Assembly (NCBI GenBank): GCA_043821365.1 | Contig: JBDRCX010000006.1 | Coordinates: 64,001-128,000 of the forward strand | Source of the DNA: Candidatus Micrarchaeota archaeon | Lineage (GTDB): Archaea > Micrarchaeota > Micrarchaeia > Anstonellales > Bilamarchaeaceae | DNA: 64,000 nt | Reading direction: 5' to 3' | Shown: positions 46,739-55,587 of the stretch, in pieces | Layout of the letters: each line of letters starts with the position of its first letter | Numbering within the stretch: position 1 is the first letter of the stretch | Made by a program: the position numbers and the translations under genes | The notes under the pieces: model-generated | Databases searched by the model: none | Told to the model about the DNA's origin: nothing | What the model saw: the letters and a program-made list of their open reading frames with translations, nothing else

Positions 46739-47752
46739 ATGGTTCAGACAGTCAAATCCTTATATCAAGCAGTGAACGATAGACGTTCAGTACGAGTCTT
46801 TACAGATAAACAAATTGAACCAGAAAAATTACAAAGAATACTAGAAACAGCAAGAAATGCACCACAAATATCACCAGGCTCATATTCTATTACTGTAGTT
46901 CAAGACCCTAAACAAAAGGCAGATCTTCGAGCAGCATCATTACGTCAAAAATACGTAGAAACTGCACCAACAGATCTTGTTGTTTTAGTAAACAAATATG
47001 ATTTACCTAGTATTCAAGATGCAACAACTGCAACTGCCTATGCTGATCTTACAACTCATGTTTTAGGATTGGGAAGTGTTTGGATAGGTGCATTCCACCC
47101 AGATCAAGTAGGTCAGATTGTAGGTGCAAGACCAAGGCAGGTTCCTGTAGCCATTCTATGTTGCGGTGAACCTGAACCAAGAGAAAATGTTCATAGAACT
47201 CCAAGGAGACCATTAGATGATTTGATAACTGTTATCGGTCGTGACGGTCATTCGATTCCTTATCATGGGATTGGAAGCACAATGCTAGGGAGCAGACTAT
47301 TTTTTGATGTTATAGAACGTAGAATTTCAACAAGAAAGTTTACTGGGAAACCAATCGAAGAAGCCAAAATACACAGAATTATTGAATCTGCAAACAGAGC
47401 TCCGTCTGCAGGAAATCTACAAGCATATGATTTGATGCTGTTTACCGACCCAACTTTGATGAAGATATTTATGAGAACTGCGCTTGGCCAAAAAACAAAT
47501 GGAGAAGGAGCATTGCTGATAGTTATGGCAAATCAGCTTAGATCAAGTATAAAATACAGAGAAAGAGGAGCTGAACTTTATTGTTTACAAGATGCAACAA
47601 TTGCAGCAGCATATGCTGATTTGGCAGCACAAGATGTTGGACTTGGAACAAACATGATTACCAAATTTAATATCCCAAATGTAGCAGCTTTGATTGGAGC
47701 AAATAGATACCAGATACCAATTGCAGTTCTAGCAATTGGGAATATTGCATAA
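46739..47752 (+). CDS. Nitroreductase-family protein with two tandem domains
   Basis: RRSVRVF...AP / RISTRKF...APSAGNLQ; QDAT.A.AYADL and GLG in both halves. Confidence 0.88.
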   Translation: MVQTVKSLYQAVNDRRSVRVFTDKQIEPEKLQRILETARNAPQISPGSYSITVVQDPKQKADLRAASLRQKYVETAPTDLVVLVNKYDLPSIQDATTATAYADLTTHVLGLGSVWIGAFHPDQVGQIVGARPRQVPVAILCCGEPEPRENVHRTPRRPLDDLITVIGRDGHSIPYHGIGSTMLGSRLFFDVIERRISTRKFTGKPIEEAKIHRIIESANRAPSAGNLQAYDLMLFTDPTLMKIFMRTALGQKTNGEGALLIVMANQLRSSIKYRERGAELYCLQDATIAAAYADLAAQDVGLGTNMITKFNIPNVAALIGANRYQIPIAVLAIGNIA

Positions 47753-47784
47753 ATTTTTATTAACAAATTAGCATAATATTGATT

Positions 47785-48171
47785 GGTGAGGGGTAAACTG
47801 GTACGTTTTTTGTTTGTTTGAGGGGGCACGCCCCCTCGTACCCCCGAAAGGAGGTGTGGAACCTTGGTTCCACAAACAAACTAAAATGAGGAAGTTCTGC
47901 CCTCTGCGAGGATAACAGGCTTTAAGGGCTTGAGAGTGCTACAGAAACGATACTTTTTTGTTTAAGGGCTGCCCATTGTACCCCGTTCGCGGGGTGCGGG
48001 GTGTCCCAGCAAACAATAAAAGATGCAACGCGTACTCTTTTATCCAATGACAGAGCAAGGCCTTTGGGCCGCTTTCTGAAATTCGCAAGAATTTTGGAAC
48101 CTTTTGATCTAGTAATAGATCAAATTGAAGTCAAATCCAGTAAATACAAAAGGCAGACTATTCCCCTCACC
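47785..48171 (+). ncRNA. rnpB: RNase P RNA
   Basis: P1 GGTGAGGGG/CCCCTCACC; P2 ACTGG/CCAGT; GAGGAAGTTCTGCC pairing with GGCAGAC (P4); P5 CTCTG/CAGAG; P7 GGATAA/TTATCC; conserved ACAGAAACG and ACAAAAGG loops. Confidence 0.92.
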
Positions 48172-48284
48172 TTCTACTTTTTAGGAAAAAGTGGAGTAAA
48201 AACTGATTATAAAAGAACCAAAAAATTCAATATTTAAATCTTCCACTACATTAAAGTTTCTAACACATTAAAGAGGATAGAAAT

Positions 48285-49298
48285 ATGGGTAGAGTATTAG
48301 AACGCACAGATCGAATACAGCATCGCATTCATCAGCCACCAAAAAGATGGGAAAAAACTTTACGTGAAGACATATGCAGGCATATGCCATCTGATCTATG
48401 GCCAAGCATACCAACCACAACAATGCTTACAATTGCATTAACATTAGCCAGGCCAACGAGTCATTTCTTATGGATAAGCGGGGAGGAAATAGCTGAAATT
48501 GCAATTAGGATGGCCAACCAAAGAGATTCGCCCATATGGGTAAGAACAACTGTTGAAGAATATGGTGGTATGAAACAGACACACTCGGCCATCACTTGGA
48601 GTAGAAGAATGAAGGTAGCTCCTGAGATAGGTGATATGTTAGGTAAAGTAGCAATGTTTATGGCATCAGAAAGACGTAATAAAAGAAATATGGTTGAGCT
48701 TCATGGAGTCATAATTGAATCTGTCCTTGAAATGATGGAAACAGATCGAGAGACAATGATTGATAGACTTGGATTAAACAGACGCAGACAAGCAAACTAC
48801 GAAAGATTAACCAATACCTCAGGTAGAGTTTATGACATTGGTTGTGAAGAAGGTGGGTTGATAACAATTGAACAAGTTAGACAGCCATTGGTCCTAGTTG
48901 AAAAAGACCCAATGATGGTTATGCTTCTTACAGAATATGCAAAACGCCAAGGAAGAGATGATGTTGAAATCGTACCTTCTGACTTTCGTGAAGTTCAGTA
49001 TCAAGAACAGGCATATGCAGTGAACATAAACGGAGTGTTGCATAGTCTAGGGATTAATGAAATTGCAGATGCAGTAACAAGATTATTCGGATTTGTAGAA
49101 AAGGGTGGAATCCTACAAACAGTTGATGCAGATGGATGGTGCTGTAATCACGCAACACCTGAAAAAGTAGTGGAAATAGGGAATGCAATAAGGAGACTTG
49201 GTGCTGAACGTATAGAAGAATATGTTGAAACAGACCAACTCCCATTATGGGGAAAGCCATTCAATATGGCTTATCACAGGTATGTTGCCTGGAAGTAA
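48285..49298 (+). CDS. Class I SAM-dependent methyltransferase-like protein with N-terminal extension
   Basis: VYDIGCEEG, LVLVEKD, SDFREV, NINGVLHSL; motif I is degenerate. Confidence 0.55.
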   Translation: MGRVLERTDRIQHRIHQPPKRWEKTLREDICRHMPSDLWPSIPTTTMLTIALTLARPTSHFLWISGEEIAEIAIRMANQRDSPIWVRTTVEEYGGMKQTHSAITWSRRMKVAPEIGDMLGKVAMFMASERRNKRNMVELHGVIIESVLEMMETDRETMIDRLGLNRRRQANYERLTNTSGRVYDIGCEEGGLITIEQVRQPLVLVEKDPMMVMLLTEYAKRQGRDDVEIVPSDFREVQYQEQAYAVNINGVLHSLGINEIADAVTRLFGFVEKGGILQTVDADGWCCNHATPEKVVEIGNAIRRLGAERIEEYVETDQLPLWGKPFNMAYHRYVAWK

Positions 49299-50234
49299 TC
49301 ACCGAAACGGTCGTGTATTTCTCCTTAATGGTTTTAATCCTGACAATGAAGTCAAAGAAGCTTCGATTGATTCTATTTCATTTGGATCTAAGGCAGCACA
49401 CATATCTGCTTCTATCAATACAGCAGGATATGCAAAGTTTTCACCCAAAGCAGAAAGCCCACAAATTATAGCTGCAACTTTATCAATTTCTGACGAAGTA
49501 GTTTCGATTCTAAGTGGAAGATCATTTTTTGCTGGTTTAATATAGAAAACAGAAATCTGTTTGTTATTTTCAGAATATGGTATTTTTTCAGTGCGTTCAT
49601 AAGCATCCAAAAGAAGATTGCACAAAACACTGTCAGAACAATTTAAACCAAATTCTTTTGCAAGTTTTTTTGAACGTGCGTCTTTTATCACTCCAATCAA
49701 AAAACATTTTCTATCATTGCAATTCTGATAAAGTTTTTTGTATAGTTCAAGCACTTCAATATATAGCTTGAAAAGATCGCTTTCTTTTTGAGGACAGTCA
49801 GAAGGAAGAGGAAGTAGGGAACCATCAATTAGCATAACTTGTGGTGAAAACTTCTCCAAGCATTCAATAGAGCATGATAATTCTTCCTTTAAACGAATTA
49901 AGGAACGGAAAACCAAAGCTTCGTGTTCATCTAATGAATTTTCAATAAATACATCTGGTTTGGGATTTTTTTCAGGATGATAAACAAATGACTGGAGTTT
50001 AGAATTAGAATAAACAAAATGCACTCCAACTGCTCTGCATAATACAATGTCTGCACCATGCATCCTATGATAAAGTAGGCCACCATCAACTGCACAAACT
50101 GAGAGATCAGATTGTACTTTCTCTACCTTGCAGATTTTTTCAGGATTGGATTCACGAATATTTTTTACCTTATCTTTTAGTAGGTTGTAATTCTGTTTGA
50201 TTTCTTTTGCAAGTGTAGAAAGTTTCTCTCTCAT
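49299..50234 (-). CDS. nurA: NurA-family nuclease
   Basis: CAVDGG, MLIDGSL, GVIKD, YPAVLIEADMCA. Confidence 0.85.
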   Translation of the reverse strand: MREKLSTLAKEIKQNYNLLKDKVKNIRESNPEKICKVEKVQSDLSVCAVDGGLLYHRMHGADIVLCRAVGVHFVYSNSKLQSFVYHPEKNPKPDVFIENSLDEHEALVFRSLIRLKEELSCSIECLEKFSPQVMLIDGSLLPLPSDCPQKESDLFKLYIEVLELYKKLYQNCNDRKCFLIGVIKDARSKKLAKEFGLNCSDSVLCNLLLDAYERTEKIPYSENNKQISVFYIKPAKNDLPLRIETTSSEIDKVAAIICGLSALGENFAYPAVLIEADMCAALDPNEIESIEASLTSLSGLKPLRRNTRPFR

Positions 50235-50285
50235 GTAAAGTTAACGATCAAAAACATATTTTAACTCTGTGTAAGATAGAAATAT

Positions 50286-50801
50286 ATGATTCTTTCGGAT
50301 TACGACATAAAAAGAATGCTTAAGGCAAAGAAGATGGAGATACACCCACTTAATCCTGCTCAAATAGGCTCAGCAAGTGTAGATTTGACACTAAGTAAAG
50401 AATGGTATTTTTTCAAAAAATCCTGCTATGGAAAAGTGTTTGACCTGAAAAAAACAAGTTTCAAGAATGCATTTGAAAAGAAGAACAAAAAAGAAGTGGT
50501 ATTGAAACCAGGTGAAATGTGCCTTGGAAAAACCGTTGAAAAAATAAGATTGCCCTCATATATTATGGGAAAATTAGAGGGGAGAAGTAGGTATGCAAGG
50601 ATGGGATTGATAATACATACCACAAGTGCACTTGTACAACCAGGAAGCAACAACCACCAAATTTTAGAGATTGTAAATCTATCTCCATTTCCAATAAGAA
50701 TTCATGCAGGTATGCGGGTATCGCAGGTGGTTTTCCAACTGCTTGAACACCCGACAACAAAACCATACGCAAAGTTTGGTCAAATAGCAAAAAATCAGTG
50801 A
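50286..50801 (+). CDS. dcd: dCTP deaminase
   Basis: ASVDLTL, EGRSRYARMG, LEIVN, RVSQVVF. Confidence 0.92.
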   Translation: MILSDYDIKRMLKAKKMEIHPLNPAQIGSASVDLTLSKEWYFFKKSCYGKVFDLKKTSFKNAFEKKNKKEVVLKPGEMCLGKTVEKIRLPSYIMGKLEGRSRYARMGLIIHTTSALVQPGSNNHQILEIVNLSPFPIRIHAGMRVSQVVFQLLEHPTTKPYAKFGQIAKNQ

Positions 50802-50805
50802 AATT

Positions 50806-51423
50806 ATGAAATTCAGTAACGAGACAATAGCAACAGTAGTGATAATTATACTACTTGTTCTACTTGGTAGTTTTCTATACACTCCATTATTTGAAAACCC
50901 GGGAATGATCTTCAAAGAAGCGCCATTAATAAAAAATAAAGAATTGCAATTATTACCAGGAGAAATATATGTCTATGCATATGTGTTCAATGGAACACAA
51001 ATAAATATGACATACTCTGTCAGCGACGGTGGAAATTGTACACGAATAAGGGTTTTAGAAAGTGTGAATCTATCACAAACCTGTCTTGACAAATGGGGGA
51101 TGGACACTCAGAGGTATAATGCAACCCTAGAAAATCAGCAAATAATTTTCTTTAAACCGTGGATGCTTGCATTGAAAGACGGGTGGAAATGGAAAAATGC
51201 AATGTATATAGACTATAATGGGGCACCATACCCAGTGTCAACATCAGAATACCGAGTTATGAGATTAGAGGAGTATATGAATAGGAGTGTATTTGTAGTT
51301 GAAATAAAATCAGATGGTGGAGTAGAATACGATTGGGTTGATGCAGATAAAAGAATAATACTAAAAATGATTGGGCCTGGTTATGAGATAAATTTGGTTA
51401 ATGAAACTAATGTACCACAGTAA
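50806..51423 (+). CDS. Hypothetical membrane-anchored exported protein
   Basis: N-terminal TM (IATVVIIILLVLLG), then a beta-rich domain. Confidence 0.7.
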   Translation: MKFSNETIATVVIIILLVLLGSFLYTPLFENPGMIFKEAPLIKNKELQLLPGEIYVYAYVFNGTQINMTYSVSDGGNCTRIRVLESVNLSQTCLDKWGMDTQRYNATLENQQIIFFKPWMLALKDGWKWKNAMYIDYNGAPYPVSTSEYRVMRLEEYMNRSVFVVEIKSDGGVEYDWVDADKRIILKMIGPGYEINLVNETNVPQ

Positions 51424-51574
51424 GAGGTATGACGTTTTTTTCCATTTCTTGCTCAGCAACTCTGACAAAAGAAAGTGAATCTTTGCTGATTTTGATCAAT
51501 GGGGGTGCACCCATAGATAACTGAAGTGCTCTGGCACCAATTAATCTTGCAACTTCGTATTTAGTTAAATCCAT
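51407..51574 (-). CDS. rpoK: RNA polymerase subunit K (Rpo6), below the ORF-track size cutoff
   Basis: Translated by hand: MDLTKYEVARLIGARALQLSMGAPPLIK...AEQEMEKNVIPLTVVH (55 aa). Confidence 0.95.
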   Translation of the reverse strand: MDLTKYEVARLIGARALQLSMGAPPLIKISKDSLSFVRVAEQEMEKNVIPLTVVH

Positions 51575-51608
51575 TTAAGCTCACCATAAACAGTGGGATA
51601 GATGTAGT

Positions 51609-52793
51609 CTACAAAACAATATAAACATTGCCTTTCTTGCCGATTGTAATCGCAGTTTCACTATTGAATATTTTTACGATCCCAGAAACAATCTTTATTT
51701 GCATTCCTGCTTTTATTTCAGTTCCCCTACCTTCGAATAAATAGATAACACCCTCATTTCCTGTCTCGTCATTAGCAAGAATACGAACCAGTGTTGCTTT
51801 TACTCGTTTTGATTTTTGATATTCCATTGATTCTGCAGTTTTAACAATAAGAACATCCGTGTTGATATTCCTCATGCCTTGCTTGATTTTAGTTAAATTA
51901 GTTATTTTCATTTCCTTGAACTTGTTTCTAGCCATTTTGAATGCTTGTTGGATCTCCCTCTTTGCCTCGTTGATCATATGATCCATTTCTTTTTTCATTA
52001 TGGTTTCGTCGCCACCTGAAAGCATCATTGTTTCATATGCTTTCTTAAAGAAAGTGTCTGGAAGATGTTCAATTTCTTCACGTTCTTTAAGTTCTTCGAT
52101 TTCAGTTGTTTCCAATGTTGCTATCTCAGCAGAAACACGATCAAGATCTGTTCTTTTTCCAACTTCTCCTAGCTCACCAGATATTTCATCGCCTTCAAGC
52201 ACTTCTGGTTTTACTATTTCGTGTTTTTCTTCGTGAAGATGTTTCTGGCCAGGAACTTGAACAGCACCAATCTCATCAAGATCAGACATTACTTCAAGAT
52301 AACTGGTAAGAAACTCTTGCATAACCTTTCGTCCAGCTTCTTCGGTCTTTTTCCTGCTTCCATGTTGCTGATGTGCACGAAGATAAATCTTCTCTATTGT
52401 AGGCATCATTTTGCTTCTAGCAACTTCTGCCTTTTCTTTACCCAGACGTTTTTCAAAAATCTGAGTTATTGGCCTGAGCATTTTTTCTTTTACATCACTT
52501 GGTTGTTCTTCTGATTTTGTTTCTCTATCGTCATTATCTGAAGAAAAGATTTTTGCAAATGACATGAGTTCTGGTTCAGTTTGTTTTTTCTTTTCCAAGT
52601 ATTGTTGGGCAATGGCACGAACAGATGGATCCTTATCATAGCTTAGCTCAACTAGTGCAAAAACAGCTGCAGGATCATCTATTTCTCCCAATGATTTTGC
52701 CACTCTCTTACGAACTTCTGGCTTTTCATCGAATGTAAGTGATACAAGTTTGTTAATATTAGCAGTTACCGAGTCCATTATACTCAAATCCAC
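51609..52793 (-). CDS. HEAT-repeat protein with C-terminal OB-fold (RPA/SSB-like)
   Basis: DEKPEVRKRVAKSLG...DKDPSVRAIA; C-terminal ILANDETG...LF....IKAGMQIKI...VK.FN. Confidence 0.6.
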   Translation of the reverse strand: MDLSIMDSVTANINKLVSLTFDEKPEVRKRVAKSLGEIDDPAAVFALVELSYDKDPSVRAIAQQYLEKKKQTEPELMSFAKIFSSDNDDRETKSEEQPSDVKEKMLRPITQIFEKRLGKEKAEVARSKMMPTIEKIYLRAHQQHGSRKKTEEAGRKVMQEFLTSYLEVMSDLDEIGAVQVPGQKHLHEEKHEIVKPEVLEGDEISGELGEVGKRTDLDRVSAEIATLETTEIEELKEREEIEHLPDTFFKKAYETMMLSGGDETIMKKEMDHMINEAKREIQQAFKMARNKFKEMKITNLTKIKQGMRNINTDVLIVKTAESMEYQKSKRVKATLVRILANDETGNEGVIYLFEGRGTEIKAGMQIKIVSGIVKIFNSETAITIGKKGNVYIVL

Positions 52794-52856
52794 ATTAATC
52801 TATTTATTCTTTTCATTTGAACAGCTTTCTACGCCGTTAAGGCATGGCCATTTTGG

Positions 52857-53927
52857 TCATGATTGAAGCGATTTTATTGAATTGAGACACTTCTCAATCC
52901 ATTCCATTTTGAAATTACCCATATGAGCTATCCTTAGTCCATTTTCAGCAAATACTCCTCTTGCACCAACAATCTTTATATCATATTCTGATGCAAGTTT
53001 AGATTTTATAAGTTTGGCCTGGTCTGAACTATTGCAAACAAATCCTGTGACAGTATTTGATTCGAAAGTTGGCTCTGCCATTAATTTAAATTCCATTTCA
53101 GTTAGTCTTTTTCTTGTGTATTCAGCTATTTCTGCATGCCTTTTTACTGTAGCTGGAAGTCCTCCATTTTGATCTAAAACACCAAATGCCTCTTGAAGTG
53201 CCCAAAACAAGGTTATTGCAGGTGTGTTGGGTGTTTGCTGGTCTTTTTCATATCTTTTTTTATGACGTTGAAGATTCATATAATATCCTGGAATATTTTC
53301 TCTTTTTGAATATTTTTCCACTGCTTCTTGGCTAAGCCCAAGTAATGCCATTCCAGGAGGTGCACCAATACCTTTTTGGCTCCCAGTAACAAAACCATCA
53401 ACATGGAATTCTTTCATATTGAATTCAGTACCTGGCCATGCAGAAATACCGTCTATGATAGTAAGCATTCCTTTTGATTTTGCATACTTACAAATTTCTT
53501 TTATGTGGTTTTTTACCCCGTAGCCAGTTTCATTGTACACCATGGCCAATACTTTTGCATTGCTATTGTCGATATGCTCTTTTGCCCTTTCTAAATTCCA
53601 ACCCTGGCCCCCATCTAACTTATGCACTGTTGCATCAGAATACAGACTCATTGTAGTGGCAAGATGACCTCCAAATTCTCCATTCGGAAGACAGATTGAT
53701 TTTTCTGATTTTTCACAAAGATTAAGAGCTAATGTTTCAAGGCCAAGTGCACCAGAACCAGATATTACATAGGATTCTTCTGATCCTAGATAGCCCTTCA
53801 GTCTTGTACAAAGGTCAGAATAAAGCTTGGTAAAGTCGCTGCTTCTGTGTGTTATCATCTCTTTACATTGTGCCTGAGAAATTTCATCTAAAACAGGTAC
53901 AGGTCCAGGTGCTAATAATATACTCAT
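52857..53927 (-). CDS. Class V PLP aminotransferase (serine-pyruvate/alanine-glyoxylate-like)
   Basis: PGPVP, NETG, IDGIS, TGSQKG, RIAHMG. Confidence 0.9.
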   Translation of the reverse strand: MSILLAPGPVPVLDEISQAQCKEMITHRSSDFTKLYSDLCTRLKGYLGSEESYVISGSGALGLETLALNLCEKSEKSICLPNGEFGGHLATTMSLYSDATVHKLDGGQGWNLERAKEHIDNSNAKVLAMVYNETGYGVKNHIKEICKYAKSKGMLTIIDGISAWPGTEFNMKEFHVDGFVTGSQKGIGAPPGMALLGLSQEAVEKYSKRENIPGYYMNLQRHKKRYEKDQQTPNTPAITLFWALQEAFGVLDQNGGLPATVKRHAEIAEYTRKRLTEMEFKLMAEPTFESNTVTGFVCNSSDQAKLIKSKLASEYDIKIVGARGVFAENGLRIAHMGNFKMEWIEKCLNSIKSLQS

Positions 53928-53980
53928 AATTTCACCTAATTAAGTAGTTATGAAGATAGGAAAATGAAAATTAAAAATAG

Positions 53981-54526
53981 ATGCTTTTGGATACAGGAAA
54001 AAACATAAAAAACCATATTAAAAATGTTTGTAAAAAGAATATTGTGATGGTAAAAAAGACAATACTAAGAACAACTGAAGCACCAGGAACAAAAAGACAA
54101 GAACCAAAAACAGAACAACTGCCGGCAGCAATAGCTCAAAGAATAATAAATGAAATGAGAGAATATGTAATAAGAGAGAGACTTTTCCCCGGAACCTGGG
54201 ATTCAAGAAATAAAGTAAAATTATTTGCACAAGATACAACAGTTGATTCATTGGATCTTGGAGATGAAATAAAAGTTATAGTTAAGAAATTATTAGAAAA
54301 AAGAATGAATATTGTTGCAGTAAATAATGTAGCAAGAACAACAGGAAGAACTGATATTGAAGGAACTCTTGAAGTTTTTAGAAACCTGAGGGCGTCTTTG
54401 ACTACTTATAGACAAACTATCGACTTACCAGAAGATTATCTTACAACTGCAATTGAACGACTGGACAGGCACATTAGCATGTTAGATAGAGCATCAGAAC
54501 TTAGTAGGAGCACAGGTTCGGTTTAG
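53981..54526 (+). CDS. Hypothetical protein
   Basis: Open frame; real start probably later (MVKK). Confidence 0.55.
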   Translation: MLLDTGKNIKNHIKNVCKKNIVMVKKTILRTTEAPGTKRQEPKTEQLPAAIAQRIINEMREYVIRERLFPGTWDSRNKVKLFAQDTTVDSLDLGDEIKVIVKKLLEKRMNIVAVNNVARTTGRTDIEGTLEVFRNLRASLTTYRQTIDLPEDYLTTAIERLDRHISMLDRASELSRSTGSV

Positions 54527-54527
54527 G

Positions 54528-54710
54528 TTGGCAGAAGGAAACAGTGAGATTACCGAGATGATCCAAGCAGCCCTTGGTGTAAATAGTACATTATTATACC
54601 ATTATCTTGGAAATGAACAAGTAAGATTTAATCAGATAATAACAACAGTAATGGCAGAGGTTAATACTCGTTTTCCTGAGCCAGTGGCTCCAAGAACCTA
54701 TGATGCCTAA
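54528..54710 (+). CDS. Small hypothetical protein
   Basis: 60-aa TTG-start ORF 1 nt after the previous stop. Confidence 0.35.
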   Translation: MAEGNSEITEMIQAALGVNSTLLYHYLGNEQVRFNQIITTVMAEVNTRFPEPVAPRTYDA

Positions 54711-55070
54711 TTACCAATTTTTTACCTGCTCATGGACCATTAAGGAGAATGCTCTGCTTTTTTCCAAAATTGCATTTTTTATCATATTTTTATCTCTGGC
54801 ACGATAGAGATATTCATACCCACCACCTAGTTTATTTTTCTGATCTCTCTCTACAAGTTGTTTAACAGTTAACGAAGCAAGTGCACGTTGAACAACTGAA
54901 CGATCTCTTTTTGTTGCTGAAGATAACTCGGCAATGTTTGTCCATGTTTTTTTATCCAATAATTTTTGGAAAATATTAACTTCCTGTTTTGAGAGTCCGA
55001 AAGAACATTGTAAAAGATCTTTTACTGATAAATCAATACAGGATAAATTCAACTTCATTTTTATCACCAT
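54711..55070 (-). CDS. Small winged-helix transcriptional regulator
   Basis: FGLSKQEVNIF..LL...RDRSVVQRALASL..KQLVER...GGYEYLY. Confidence 0.8.
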   Translation of the reverse strand: MVIKMKLNLSCIDLSVKDLLQCSFGLSKQEVNIFQKLLDKKTWTNIAELSSATKRDRSVVQRALASLTVKQLVERDQKNKLGGGYEYLYRARDKNMIKNAILEKSRAFSLMVHEQVKNW

Positions 55071-55175
55071 AATCGCGAAGCGATCAACAACCAGTTTTTG
55101 CCACGCTTTTTCCCAAAAAGCGTGTGTGCGTTTTTCAACAAAAAAAACATAACTCAGTTCTTTTTAAAAAACGTT

Positions 55176-55194
55176 TGTGCAATATTTTTGCACA
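55176..55194. promoter_or_regulatory. Palindrome TGTGCAA-N5-TTGCACA, putative operator
   Basis: Between a TTTTTAAAAA tract and the glutaredoxin ATG (55196); divergent from the wHTH gene. Confidence 0.5.
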
Positions 55195-55195
55195 T

Positions 55196-55570
55196 ATGAC
55201 CAATTCAAATGACAAAAAATTAGAATTGATACGAAAGAAAAAATTACAGGAGTTGAAATCTATGACAAATGAAAAACAACCAGAAGTAGATGTTTATTCG
55301 ACACCAACATGTCCATATTGTACACATGCAAAAGAGTATTTGCAATCAAGGGGAGTAAAATTCAATGATTGGGATGTTTCTGTTGATAAACAAAAGGCAA
55401 AGGAAATGATTCAGAAAAGTGGGCAAATGGGAGTTCCTGTTCTTCAGATAAATGGGAGAATAATTGTTGGATTTAATAGACCTCTTATCGACGATGCATT
55501 AAGCAGAAAAGCACCTATGAAAAGAGAAGATGCCATACAGAATATTGCATTTGATCCTTTTCAAAAATAA
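55196..55570 (+). CDS. Glutaredoxin/NrdH-like redoxin
   Basis: YSTPTCPYC, SGQMGVP; start moved to ATG 55196. Confidence 0.9.
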   Translation: MTNSNDKKLELIRKKKLQELKSMTNEKQPEVDVYSTPTCPYCTHAKEYLQSRGVKFNDWDVSVDKQKAKEMIQKSGQMGVPVLQINGRIIVGFNRPLIDDALSRKAPMKREDAIQNIAFDPFQK

Positions 55571-55587
55571 ATTAAAAATAAAAAAAA

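Noticed and set aside
48001-48237. 78-aa ORF (and 47578-47829 on the minus strand)
   Set aside because: They overlap the RNase P RNA gene or the nitroreductase; no protein features.
49299-50234. NurA pairing with the 16965 ATPase as a HerA-NurA repair module
   Set aside because: They are 30 kb apart with no mre11 or rad50; the ATPase looks DUF87/TrwB-like and shares regulation signals with the repeat array.
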